Source of the DNA: Lama glama
Taxonomy: Eukaryota
Reading direction: 5' to 3'
Assembly (NCBI GenBank): GCA_028534125.1
Contig: CM052818.1
Span: 13,022,001-13,086,000 of the forward strand
Length of the DNA: 64,000 bases
Part shown: one piece after another, positions 25,216-37,257 of the stretch
Layout: each line of letters starts with the position of its first letter
Position numbering within the stretch: the stretch's first letter is position 1
Notes under the pieces: model-generated
What the model was told of the DNA's origin: nothing
Databases searched by the model: none
What the model saw: only the letters and a program-made list of their open reading frames with translations
Made by a program: the position numbers and the translations under genes

Positions 25216-25543
25216 TGTTGGAGGAGGACATGGGGAGGGTGTGACCATTAATCCAGGAGCTCGACTCAGGCAGTCAGAAGCAGCCCCGCCCCTCCTTCCC
25301 TCCCCTATCCTTGGAATATACCTTCGGCCCACAATTTCCACAGCTGAAACCATTTTCAAGGACACAGTCTTGAGAGAGTAATGTGTTACTGAAATCATCT
25401 GGGCCTCATACATGATCGAACCTCAGTTAAGTCCTCTAAACTCAAGATGCTGGTGGTGGGTATAGAGATCTACTCGTCTTCCGGCCGCCTAGGGCAAGCT
25501 TCATAAGTAAGTTCCCTTGCTTTTTAAACCTGCTACCTACCAG
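25216..25543 (+). mobile_element. Probable ERV LTR, truncated by the gap
   Basis: Abrupt TG start and GC shift inside L1 sequence. LTR-like 3' portion (agtaagttcccttgctttttaaacctgctacc). Family not identified. Confidence 0.5.
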
Positions 25544-26043
25544 NNNNNNNNNNNNNNNNNNNNNNNNNNNNNNNNNNNNNNNNNNNNNNNNNNNNNNNNN
25601 NNNNNNNNNNNNNNNNNNNNNNNNNNNNNNNNNNNNNNNNNNNNNNNNNNNNNNNNNNNNNNNNNNNNNNNNNNNNNNNNNNNNNNNNNNNNNNNNNNNN
25701 NNNNNNNNNNNNNNNNNNNNNNNNNNNNNNNNNNNNNNNNNNNNNNNNNNNNNNNNNNNNNNNNNNNNNNNNNNNNNNNNNNNNNNNNNNNNNNNNNNNN
25801 NNNNNNNNNNNNNNNNNNNNNNNNNNNNNNNNNNNNNNNNNNNNNNNNNNNNNNNNNNNNNNNNNNNNNNNNNNNNNNNNNNNNNNNNNNNNNNNNNNNN
25901 NNNNNNNNNNNNNNNNNNNNNNNNNNNNNNNNNNNNNNNNNNNNNNNNNNNNNNNNNNNNNNNNNNNNNNNNNNNNNNNNNNNNNNNNNNNNNNNNNNNN
26001 NNNNNNNNNNNNNNNNNNNNNNNNNNNNNNNNNNNNNNNNNNN
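25544..26043. other. Assembly gap (500 N)
   Basis: Run of N. Confidence 1.
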
Positions 26044-29000
26044 GTCCTAGAGAATATGCCGTGTGCATTTGAAAAGAATGTATATTCTGTGGGTTTGGGA
26101 TGGAATGATCTATCATTGTATATCTACTAAGTTCCTCTAATGTGTCATTAAATGCTAGTGTTTCCTTATTGATTTTCTGTCTGGATGATCTGTCCATTGA
26201 CATAAATGGGGTGTTAAATTGCCCCATTGTTATTGTGTTACTATCAGTTTCTCCCTTTGTGTCTGTGAATATTTGCTTTACATATTTGGGAGCTCTTATG
26301 TTGGGTGCATATATATTTATATTTATTATATCTTCTTGGATTGATCCCTTGATCATTATGTAATGTCCTTCTTTGTTTTTTGTAACAGTCTTTATTTTAA
26401 AGTTTATTTTGTTTAATATAAATATTGCTACTCTGGCTTTCTTTTGATTTCCATTTGCCTGGAATACCTCTTCCCATCATCTCACTTTCAGTCTCTGTGT
26501 GTCCTTAGATCTGAAATGAGTCTCTTGTAGGCAGCATGTATGGGTCATGTTTTGTATCCATTCAGACACTCTGCCTTTTGATTGGAAGTCCTTTTAGTCC
26601 TCTAGTCCATTTACATTTAAAGTAATTATTGATACGTGTGTTCTTACTGCCATTTTCTTAATTGTTTTGGGGTTGTTATTACAGGTCTTTTTTAGTAGGT
26701 TCCTTCTTTTGTTTTCTTGTGATTTGATGGCTGTCTTTAGTGTTATGTTTGGATCCCTTTTAGTTTTTTGTGTATCTAGTAACAGATTTTTGGTTTGTGG
26801 TTACCGTGAGGTTTATATATAGCAGTGTGTGTGTGTGTGTGTGTATATACTCATCTCTCTCTATATATATGTGATTAAGTTGCTGAACTCTTAATTTCAA
26901 ATGCATTTTAGCAATCCTGCATTTGTACTGTCCTCCCCTCACAATTACTGTTTTTGATAACATATTTTACATTTGTTTTCTGTATCCTTCAACTGCTTTC
27001 TGTGGATACAGACAATTTTACTACTTTTAACTTTTAACCTTCCTACCAGCTTTGTGCTTTGATTTCCTACCTTTACTGTATGTTTACCTTTCCCAATAAG
27101 CCTTTTCTTTTCATAAATTTTATGTTTCTCATTGTGCCCTTTTCTTTTTCACTTGGAGAAGTTCCTTTAACATTTCTTTTAAAGCTAGTTGGGTGGTGGT
27201 GAATTCTCTTAAATTTTGCTTATTTTGATCTCTCAATCAAATATGAATGAGGTCCTTGCTAGGTAGAATGTTCTTGGTTTTAGGTTTTCCTTTTTTTCAT
27301 GTTACATACATTGTGCCACTGCTTTCTAGCTTGCAGTTTCTGCTGAAAAGTCAGCTGATAGACATGGAAATTCCCTTGTACGTAATGTGTTGCTTTTCCC
27401 TTGCTGCTTTTAATATTCTCTTTATCTTTAATTTTTGTTATTTTAATTATGTTTCAGTGTGTTCCTCTTTGGGCTAATCCTTTATGGGGCTCTCTGTGCT
27501 TCCTGGAAAAGGATGTCTGTTTCCTTTCCAGATTAGGGAAGTTTTCTTCCATTATGTCTTCAATTATATTTTCAGTCTCTTTCTTTCACTTTTCCTTCTG
27601 TAATATGAATATTAATGTGTTTGATGTTGTCCTAGAAGTGTCAGACTGTCGTCATTTCTTATCCTTTTATCTTTCTTTTGTTCAGTACAGTGATTTCCAC
27701 TACTCTGTCGTCCAGCTTGCTGACCATCCCACTGTATAGTTTAGTCTACTGTTGTTCCTTCTAGTGTGTTTTTCATTTCAGTTATAGTCTTCCTCTCTGT
27801 TTGGTGGTTTTTTATATTTCTAACTCTGTTAAAAACTTCTAAGTTCTATCTCTGTGCATCTATTCTTAAGAGTTCTTTGATCATCTTTACAATTACTACC
27901 CTGAACTTTTTCTCAGGTAGATAGCCTATCTCCACTTCACTTAGTCCTTCTTTTGGGATTTTATATTGTTCCTTCATTTGGAACATGCTCCTCTGTCACC
28001 TCATTTTGCCTAAATTTCTGTCTTTATTTTTATGTGTCTGGTACATTGGTTACATTTTGCAACCTTGGAAAGTGGTCTTTTGTAGGAGACATCCTGTGCG
28101 TACCAGCAGTGCACTCCCTTCTTGTCACCAGAGTTATATGCTCTAAGGATTTCCCCTATGAGGGCTATGTAGGTCTTTCTGTTGTGGCAGATGGACTATG
28201 TGGACTGACCATGGTAGGCTTGGTTGGCTCCTGGTTGGTTGGTTGCCAGGTTCTGCATTCTGTGGAGGCTACTGGCTGCTTGTTGGTGGGACCAGCTCAG
28301 GAGGCAGCTGACTAGAACCCCAGGATCCCTGGGGCTAATGCTGAGTTACTTGGAGGGCAAAGTCAGTGTCCCAGAGACCCCAGGGATTTTGTTCACCCAC
28401 CGGTGGGTGAATCTAGGTTCTGGAGCTAGTGCCAGCCTACTGGAAGGCAGAACCAGGTCCTGGGGTCTGGTTGCATGGCCCAGGGGCCCAGAGCTGGTGT
28501 CAGATCACTAGTGTGTGGGGCTGTTTCCTGAAACAGTTGGCTGTAGTGTCCCAGGTGTCTTGAAGCTTGTATTGGCCTGACGATGAATGAAACCTGAGCT
28601 CAGCAGGTACCAGGGCAGGGTCTGGCCTGCTGGCAGATGAGCCGTGTCCGCAGACTGCAGGGCTTTGGTTTTCTTGCAGCTAGTGTCTGCACACTGTTGG
28701 AGAAGGCTGGTCCTGAGGCTGGAGCAGGCTATCTGAAGGACAGGGCCAGAATCCAGGTGTCGCCAGGGTTGGTGCCTGCCCGCTGGTGGGTAGACCTGGA
28801 ACCCAGAGTGTCTGGCTGGAGGGCTGTGACATTTTAAGTTCTAGTGCTTGCTTACTGCTATGTGTGGCCATGTCTTGGGCCCTTTTTTGGGCAGGAATGT
28901 TTCCAGGAATGGCTTTAGGCTCAGGGGAACTTAAGGCAGCCTGTCTGCTGGTAGGTGGGGCTGTGTTCATGCCCAGTTGTTTGGCCTGAGGTGTCCCAGC

Positions 29001-29660
29001 ACTGGTGCCTACAGGCTGTTGGGCCAGGGCAGAGCTGGGTTCTGGGGCTACTAACTAGAGGGAGGATTCCAGAATGATTCTTGTTAGCACCTGTGTCCGC
29101 ATGGTGAGCTCCTGAGCTCCCCAAAGTAGCTACCAGCAGCATATATGTCCCCAGGGTGAACTGCAGTTTCCTCCTGACTCCAAGATAAGCAGGTAGGTCT
29201 GACCCAGGTTCCTATCAAATTACTACATCTTCCCTGGGTCTCAGAGGGTGTGAGATTCTGTCTGTCTTTTAAGAGCAATCGTCTCTATTTCCTCCAGCCC
29301 TCTAGGAATCCTGAAAGCTCCACTGGCCTTCAAAGCTAAATGCTCTGGGGTCTCATCTTTGTGTTGCATGACCCTTGGTCTAGGGAGCCTGAAATGGGGC
29401 TCAGGCTTCTTACTCCTTTGGGAGAACCTCTGCAGTTGTAGATAATCTCCCATTTTGTGGTTGCCCACCCAGGGAATTTGGGACTTGGATATATCTTGAT
29501 TCCACCCCTTCTGCTTGTCTCATTGTGGTTCCTTCTTTGTATCTTTAGTTACAGAAGATCTTTTCTATAGGTTCCAGTCTTTTTCACTGGTGGTGGTTCT
29601 GCAAATAGTTGTGACTGTAGTGTGCCTGTGAGAGGAGATGATACTCCACCATCTTGGCCT
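26044..29660 (-). mobile_element. L1 5' half (5' UTR, ORF1, endonuclease part of ORF2), degenerate
   Basis: Translation MIKGSIQEDIININIYAPNIRAPKYVKQ matches the L1 endonuclease. The 5' end reads ggccaagatggtggagta near 29658. Confidence 0.9.
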
Positions 29661-29664
29661 ATCT

Positions 29665-30650
29665 TCTTAAGAAGAGTTTCTTAAAGTGCAAAAAAGCAGA
29701 AGTCATAAGAGAATACAAAAAAATTTAGTACATAAATACTAAAGGCTTCTTTATAAGAATTTTAATAGCATGAAAAAAATTGGAGAAGATATCTGTAATG
29801 CATATAACCCTCAAAGACATAATAAATAGAGTATATAAAGCTCTAAAGAAAATGAAAACCTAGTAGACAAATGGTTAAAGTACAGGAAAACTGATAGGCT
29901 GATAAACATGATGATGATTAATACCACTCACGATAGAGGTAAAGCAGACTAAAAATTTTGTATCTATCAGATCAGCACAAACTGTAAAAGGTCATATGTG
30001 CCAAACGTTAAGTACATGACATGGGAAAATAGATCCCTTGATTCCCTCTACTGGTAAGTAGGCACAACCACTCCAGAGGACAGTCAGGCAATATCTTATA
30101 GTTGGAGATATTTACACCCTGTGAACAAGCCATTTTACTTCTATGTGTATACTCTAGAAACTCTGGCACAGGTGAACAGAGAGAAATACACACTAGTTTT
30201 CATTGAGCATTACTTATAATAGCAAAATAATCTTTAATAGCAAAATAATCTAAAGTAACCTAACCGATACTTTGGGTAATAATAAATCGCAGTATATTCT
30301 TACAATGAAAAATTAGGCAGCAATTTCAAAATATGAATTAGATCTTCATGAATTAACATGTACCCATCTCAAATGTTGAATGAAAAAGTTATGGGGGGAT
30401 GACATTTCTGTAAATGTACAAAATACATGGACAATTTTCCATATGTATGCACATATTTATGTTATGAAACTATGAATGGAAAGGACACATACAAACTCTG
30501 GAACAGATATTGCCTCTAGATGAATAAGAAAGGAAGTTCAAAAGAGATATTATAAAAATGTTTTCTGGTAAGAGTGAATCAAATGTTAGCAAAATGTTAG
30601 CATTTGTTAAAACATCCTCTGTTTTCACTAAATCTTTGAAATATTTTATA
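29665..30650 (+). mobile_element. Old L1M 3' fragment
   Basis: Degenerate ORF2-end/3' UTR motifs (ttggagaagatatctgtaatgcatataacc, ggcacaaccactccagagga, gcattacttataatagcaaaa). Confidence 0.65.
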
Positions 30651-31039
30651 ATTTGGAAAAATTGGCAAACTCAAAGTTCAGCGTTCTATTAACATCTCTG
30701 GTCTACTTTTATTCTTGGAAAATCTAAAATTGCTAGGATTCTCTTAACGTCTCAGTGACCCTCTCTCATCCACATCAGCCTGGGCATACCGTCCTGGTCC
30801 CTCCATCTCCTCCTCCGCTCTCTCCGTAAAACCCTAGCATAGCTGGGTCTGAAACACTGCCTCTCATTCTCCCTACTGCATTGCTGCAAGCAGTTGTCTT
30901 TTGCTGTTGAGATTCTGCTTCAGCAGTGTTTTATTTCTTCTCCCAGATAAATTGGAGGATGGAAAGGTCAGGAGATAGATGGTGAGGAGGGTGGGGAAGC
31001 AAAAGGAATGAGGAATACCATGAAGCTCTACTTGTAATC

Positions 31040-31519
31040 TTTTTTATCAAAGTATAATTGACTTAAATACTGTACTGGTTTTAGGTGTACAGCATAGTGA
31101 TTCAATATTTTTGCAGATTATACTCCATTACAGGTTATTATGAGATAATGGCTATACTTCCTTGTGCTGTACAGTAAGTGCTTGTTATCAATTTTACACA
31201 TAGTAGTTTGTGTCTGTTAATCTCATACCCCTATATAGCCACTCCCCTCTTCCTCTCCTGTGTGGTAACTACAAGTTTGTCTTGTATATCTGTGAGGCTG
31301 TTTCTCTTTAGCATATAAGTTCATTTGTGTTTTTGAGATTCCACATATAAATGATAACATACAGAATTATTCATTATCTGATTTATTTCACTAAGCAGAG
31401 TAGTCTCTAGGTCCATCCATGTTGCTGCAAATGACAATATTTTATCCTTTTTTATGGCTGAATAATACTCCATTGTGTGTGTGTGTGTACACATATATAC
31501 ATACACATATACATATATA

Positions 31520-31550
<31 letters not shown>

Positions 31551-32015
31551 ACTTCTTAATCCAGTTGTCTCTTGATGGGCACTTGGGTTTCTTCCATGTT
31601 TTGGCTATTGTAAACAGTGCAGCTATGAACAGTGGGGTAAAAGATATTTTTAAATTAATGTTTTCATGTTTTCTGGATATATACCCAGGAGTGGAATTGT
31701 TGGATCAGATGGTAGTTCAATTTTTAGTTTCTTGAGGAACCTCCATACTGCTTTCAATAGTGGCTGCACCAATTTACATTCCCACCAATAGTGTACAAGT
31801 GTTCTCATTTCTCCATATCCTCACTGACATTTGTTATTTGTAGACTTCTTGGTGATAGCCATTCTGACAGGTGTGAAGTGATAGCTCATTGTTGTCTTGA
31901 TTTGCCTTTCTATAATAATTAGTGACACTGAGCATCTTTTCATGGGCATGGTAGTCATTTGTATGTGTTCTTTGAAATAATGCCTATTCAGGTCCTCTGC
32001 CCATTTTATGACTGG
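31040..32015 (-). mobile_element. L1 3' end (L1MA9/artiodactyl-like) with internal (GT)/(TA)/(CA) microsatellite at ~31475-31550
   Basis: ORF 31321..31551 gives MEYYSAIKKDKILSFAATWMDLE, with a typical 3' UTR. Confidence 0.9.
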
Positions 32016-35000
32016 GTTATTATTTATTTATTTAATTATAGTTGATTTATGATATTGTGTTAGTTTCAGGTGTACAGCATAGTGATTCCATTTTTTTTTG
32101 CAGAGTATATTCCATCATAGGTTGTTACCAGATATTGAATAGATATTCCTGTCCTATACAGTAGTAAATTCTTCTTATCTGTTGTATATATAGTAGCTTG
32201 TATTTGTTGATCCCATACTCCTAATTTGTCCCTCTTCCCCCTCCCCTTTAGTAACTGTAAGTTTGTTTTCTGTGTCAGTGAGTCTTTTTGTATATAGATT
32301 CATTTGTATTATTATTTTTTATAATTCCACTTGTCAGTGATATCATATAGTATTTGTCTTGCTCTTCCTATTTAGTTAAGCATAATATTTTCTAGGTCCA
32401 GCCATGTTGTTGAAAACAGAAATATTTAATTCTTTTCTATGGCTGAGTAATACTCCATTTTGTATTTATATACCAATTCTTCTTAAGCCAGTCATATGCA
32501 TTGCTATAAACATGGGGGTGAATGAATGTATTTTCTCAAATTAGAGTTTTCATTTTTTCCAGATCTGTACACAGAATTGGGATCAATGGAATATGGAAGG
32601 TCTATTTTTAGTTTTTTAAGGAATCTCTGTACTGTTCTGCATAGTGACTGGACCAAGTTACATTCTTCTCAACAATGTAGGAGGGTTCCCTTTTCTCCAC
32701 ACCTTCTCCAGCATTTATTATTTGTGGACTTTTTGATACTAGTCATTCTGACTGGTGTGATGTGGTATCTCATTGTGGTTTTTATTTGCATTTCTCAAAT
32801 AATCAGTGATGCTGAGCATCTTTTCATGTGCCTGTTGGCCATCTGTATGTCTTCTTTGAGAAAAATGACTACTTAGGTCTTCTGTCAATTTCTTGATTGT
32901 GGTGTTTGGTTTTTAGATACTGAGTTGTATGAGTTGTTTTTTTATTTTGGATATTAATCCCTTGTTGGTTACATCATTTGTAAATATTTTCTCCCATTGC
33001 ATAAGTTGTCTTTTAGTTTTGTTCATGGTTTCTTTTGCTGTGCAAAAGCTTTTAAATTTTATTAGGCCCCATTTGTTTATTTTTGCTTTTATTTCTTTGA
33101 CCTCTGGAAACTAAGAAAATATTGTTGTGATTTATGTCAGAGAATGTTTTGCCTATGTTCTCTTCTAGGAATTTAATGATGTCATGTCTTGTATTTAGGT
33201 TTTTAAACCATTTAGACTAAGTTTACTTTTGTATATGGTATGAGAGAGTGTTCTAATTTCATTGATTTACATCAGGGTGCCCAGCTTTCCCAACACCACT
33301 TGTTGAAGAGACTGTATTTTCTTCATTGTATATTCTTGCCTCTTTGTCATAGATTAATTGACTGTAGGTGCATGAGTTTATTTCTGGGCTCTGTTCTCTT
33401 CTATTGATTTATATGTTTTTGTGCCAATATGATACTGTGTTGGTGACTGTAGCTTTTGTAGTATAATCTGAACTCTAGAAGCAAGATACATCCAGCTTTG
33501 TTCTTTTATCTTGGGATTGCTTTGCCAATTTGCAGCCTTTGTGATTCCATATAAACTTTGGGATTATTCTAGTTCTGTATAAAATGCCATAGGTATTTTC
33601 ATAGGGATCGCATTAAATCTGTAGATTGCTTAGATTAAGTCTGTAGATTGGGTAGTATGGACATTTTAACAATATTAATTCTTCCAATCCAAGAGCATGG
33701 GGTATCTTTCCATTTCTTTGAATCATTTTCAGTTTACTTTATGTTTTACAATTTTCAGCGTATAATCTTTCACCTCCTTTGTTAACTTTGTTCCTAGGTA
33801 TTTTTTTAACACAATTTTAAATAGAATTTTTTTTTTTACTTTCTGATATTTCATTATTAGTATAAAGAAATAATATATTTCTGTATATTAATTTTGTATC
33901 CTGCTACTTTGCTGAATTTATTTATTCTAATAGTTTTGGGGGTGGTGACTTTAGGATTCTTTCTATAGAGTATTGTGTCTTCTGCAAATAGTGACAGTTT
34001 TATGTCTTCCTTTTCAATTTGGATACTTTTTATTTATTGTTTGATTGCTGTGGCTAAGACTTCCAATACCATGTTAAATGCAGTAGTGAGAGTAGGCGTC
34101 TTTGTCTTGTTCCTCTGTTTACTGGGAATGCTTTCATCTGTTTCACTCTCGAGCACGACTGGGCATGGGGTTTGTTTCAAATGGCCTTTATTATGTTGAG
34201 ATTTGTTCCCATTATACCCATCCTGGTGAGAGTTTTTATCATGAATAGATGTTGAATTTTGTCAAATGCTTTTTCTGTATTTATTGAGATAATCAAGTTT
34301 TTTTTGGTCTTTCCCTTTATTAAGGTGGTACATCACATCGACTGATTTGCATATGTTGAACCATTTTTGTGACCCTGAAATGAATCCAACTTCATCATCA
34401 TGTATGATCCTTTTTTTTAAATCTTTTTTTTATCAATTGAAGTATAGTCAGTTACAATGTGTGATTTTCTGGTGTATAGCATAATGTCCCAGTTGTGCAT
34501 ATATATATATACATGTATTCGTTTTCATACTCTTTTTCATTAAAGGTTATTACAAGGTGTTGAATATAGTTCCCCATGCTATATAGAAGAAATCTGGTTT
34601 TTAATCTATTTTTATATATAATGGTTATTATTTGCAAATCTCAAACTACCAAATTTATCCCTTCCCACGCTCTATCTCCTGGTAACTGTAAGTTTGTTTA
34701 CTATGTCTGTGAGTCTGTTTCTGTTTTGTAGAGGAGTTCATTAATGTCCTTTTTTTTTTTTCTTTTTTTTAGATTCCACATATGAGTGATATCATATGGT
34801 ATTTTTCTTTCTCTTTCTGGCTTACTTTGCTTAGAATGAAGATCTCCAGGACCATCTATGTTGCCACAAATGGCATTATTTTTTTCTTTTTTTAAATCAC
34901 TGAGTAGTATTCCATTGTATAAATATACTACAGTTTCTTTATCCAGTTATCTGTCAGTAGACTTTTAGGTTGCTTCCATGTCTTGGCTATTGTGATAGCT

Positions 35001-36179
35001 CATTGTAGTTTCAATGTGCATTCTTTGATAATTAGCTGTATTGAGCATTTTTTTCATGTGCCTATTGGCCATTGATATATCTTCCTTGGAAAATTGCTTG
35101 TTTAGGTCTTCTCTCCATTTTTGGATTGGGTTTATTTTTTTACTTATTAAATTGTATGAGTTGTTTATATATTGTGGAAATTAAACCTTTGTCAGCCACA
35201 TCATTTGCAAATATTTTCTCCCATTTCATAGGTTATTATTTTGTTTTACTTATGGTTTCCTTTACTGCGCAAAAGTTTACAGGTTTAATTAGGTCTTATC
35301 TGTTCATTCTTCCTTTTATTTCTATTGCCTGGGTAGGCTGCCCTAAGAGCACATTGCTAAGATTTATGTCAGAGAATGTTTTGCCTATGCTTTCTTCTAG
35401 GAAGTTTAGAGTGCCATATCTTATATTTAAATCTTTAAGCCATTTTGAGTTTATTTTTGTGTATAGAGTGAGGGAGTGTTCTAACTTTATTGATTTGCAT
35501 GTTGCTGTCCAGTTTTCCCAACACCACTTGCTGAAGAGACTGTCTTTATTCCATTGTATATTTTTGCCTCCTTTGTTGAAGATTAATTGGCCAAAAGTCT
35601 CTGAGTTTATTTCTGGGCTCTATTCTGTTGCATTGATCCATATGTCCGTTTTTTGTGCCAATACCATGCTGTTTTGATTACTGTAGCTCTGTAGTAGTGT
35701 CTGAAGTCTGGGAGGATTATTCCTCCAGCTTTGTTCTTTTTCTGCAGTATTGCTCTGGCAACTCTGGGTCTTTTGTGATTCCATATAAATTTTAGGATTA
35801 TTTGTTACAGTTCTGTGAAGAATGTCCTGGGTAATTTGATAGGGATCACATTAAATCTGTAGATTGCTTTGGGCAGTATGGCCATTTTAACAATATTGAC
35901 TCTTCCAATCCAAGAGCATGGGCTATCTTCCCATTTCTTTAAGTCATCTTTAATTTCCTTAATCAATGTTTTGTAGTTCCCCATGTACAATTCTTTCACC
36001 TCCTTGATCAGATTTATTCCTAAGTATTTTACTGTTTTGGATGCAATTTTAAAAGGGATTGTTCTTTATTTTCTTTTCCTGCTAATTCATTGTTAGTGTA
36101 AAGAAATGCAACTGATTGCTATATGTTAATCTTGTATCCTGCTACCTTGCCGAATTCTTTTATTAGCTCTAGTAGTTTT

Positions 36180-36322
36180 CTTTTTTTTTTAATATTTTTT
36201 ATTTTTTAGGGGCGAGGTAATTAGGTTTACCTATTTATTTTTAGAGGAAGTCGTGGGGGTTGAACCCAGGACCTTGTGGATGCTAAGCATGCGCTCTACC
36301 ACTTGAGCTATACCCTCCCGCA
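36180..36322 (-). mobile_element. tRNA-derived SINE (camelid-type)
   Basis: A box tagctcaagtgg, B box gggttcaaccc, A-rich tail, and a perfect 15-bp TSD agctctagtagtttt at 36165-36179 and 36323-36337. Confidence 0.9.
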
Positions 36323-36369
36323 AGCTCTAGTAGTTTTTGTGTGGAGATTTTACGGTTGTTTATACGTTT

Positions 36370-37094
36370 TATATATATATATATACACACACACACAAAA
36401 AAACACACACATATATAGAGAGAGTCAGTTTACAATGTTGTGTCAATTTCTGGTATACAACATAATGCTTCATTCATACTTGAACATACATATACTTGTT
36501 TTCACCATAAGTTACTACAAGATATTGAATATAGTTCCCTGTGCTATACAGTATGAATTTTTTTATCTATTTTATATATATTAGTATCTGCAAATCTCAA
36601 ACTTCTAATTTATCCCTTCCCACCCCCTTCCCTACCAGTAACCATAAGTTTGTTTTCTATGTCTTTGAGTCTATTTCTGTTTTGTAAATAAGTCTGTCTT
36701 TTTTTTTTTTTAAGATGCCACATAAAAGTGATATTATATGGTATTTTTCTTTCCCTTTCTGACCTGCTTCACTTAGAATGACAATCTCTAGGTCCATCCA
36801 TGTTGCTGCAAATGGCATTATTTTATTATTTTTTATGGCTGAGTAGTACTCCATTGTATAAATATACCATGACTTCTTTATCCAGTCATCTGTCAGTGGA
36901 CATTTAGGTTGCTTCCATGTCTTCGCTATTGTAAGTAGTGCTGCTGTGAACATTGCAGTACATGTATCTTTCTAAATTAAGGTTCCCTCTGAATATATGC
37001 CCAGGAATGGGACTGCTGTATCATATGTAAGTCTGTTTTTAGTGTTTTGAGGAGTCTCATACTGTTTTCCATAATGGCTGCACCAAACTACATT
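36370..37094 (-). mobile_element. Short L1 3' fragment nested in the younger L1
   Basis: ORF 36657..36953 (MFTAALLTIAKTWKQPKCPLTDDWIKK...MEYYSAIK). The host ORF2 sequence resumes at ~37095. Confidence 0.85.
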
Positions 37095-37143
37095 CTGTAT
37101 AGTACCATGTCATCCACGTATAGTGAAATTTTACCTCTTCTCA

Positions 37144-37257
<114 letters not shown>

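Noticed and set aside
25442..26356. 304-aa and 177-aa ORFs
   Set aside because: Artefacts of translating through the N gap. The real part is an L1 endonuclease fragment.
30217..30251. Short tandem duplication taatagcaaaataatct (similar ones at ~5089-5117, ~33615-33650 and ~38112-38155)
   Set aside because: Two-copy slippage duplications within decayed repeats. Not arrays and not CRISPR-like.
35072..35677. 201-aa hydrophobic ORF resembling a membrane protein
   Set aside because: Antisense of L1 ORF2. The T-rich strand yields F/L/I-rich peptides.
36255..36322. tRNA gene (A and B boxes)
   Set aside because: Head of a tRNA-derived SINE with an A-rich tail, a TSD and two further diverged copies in the window.
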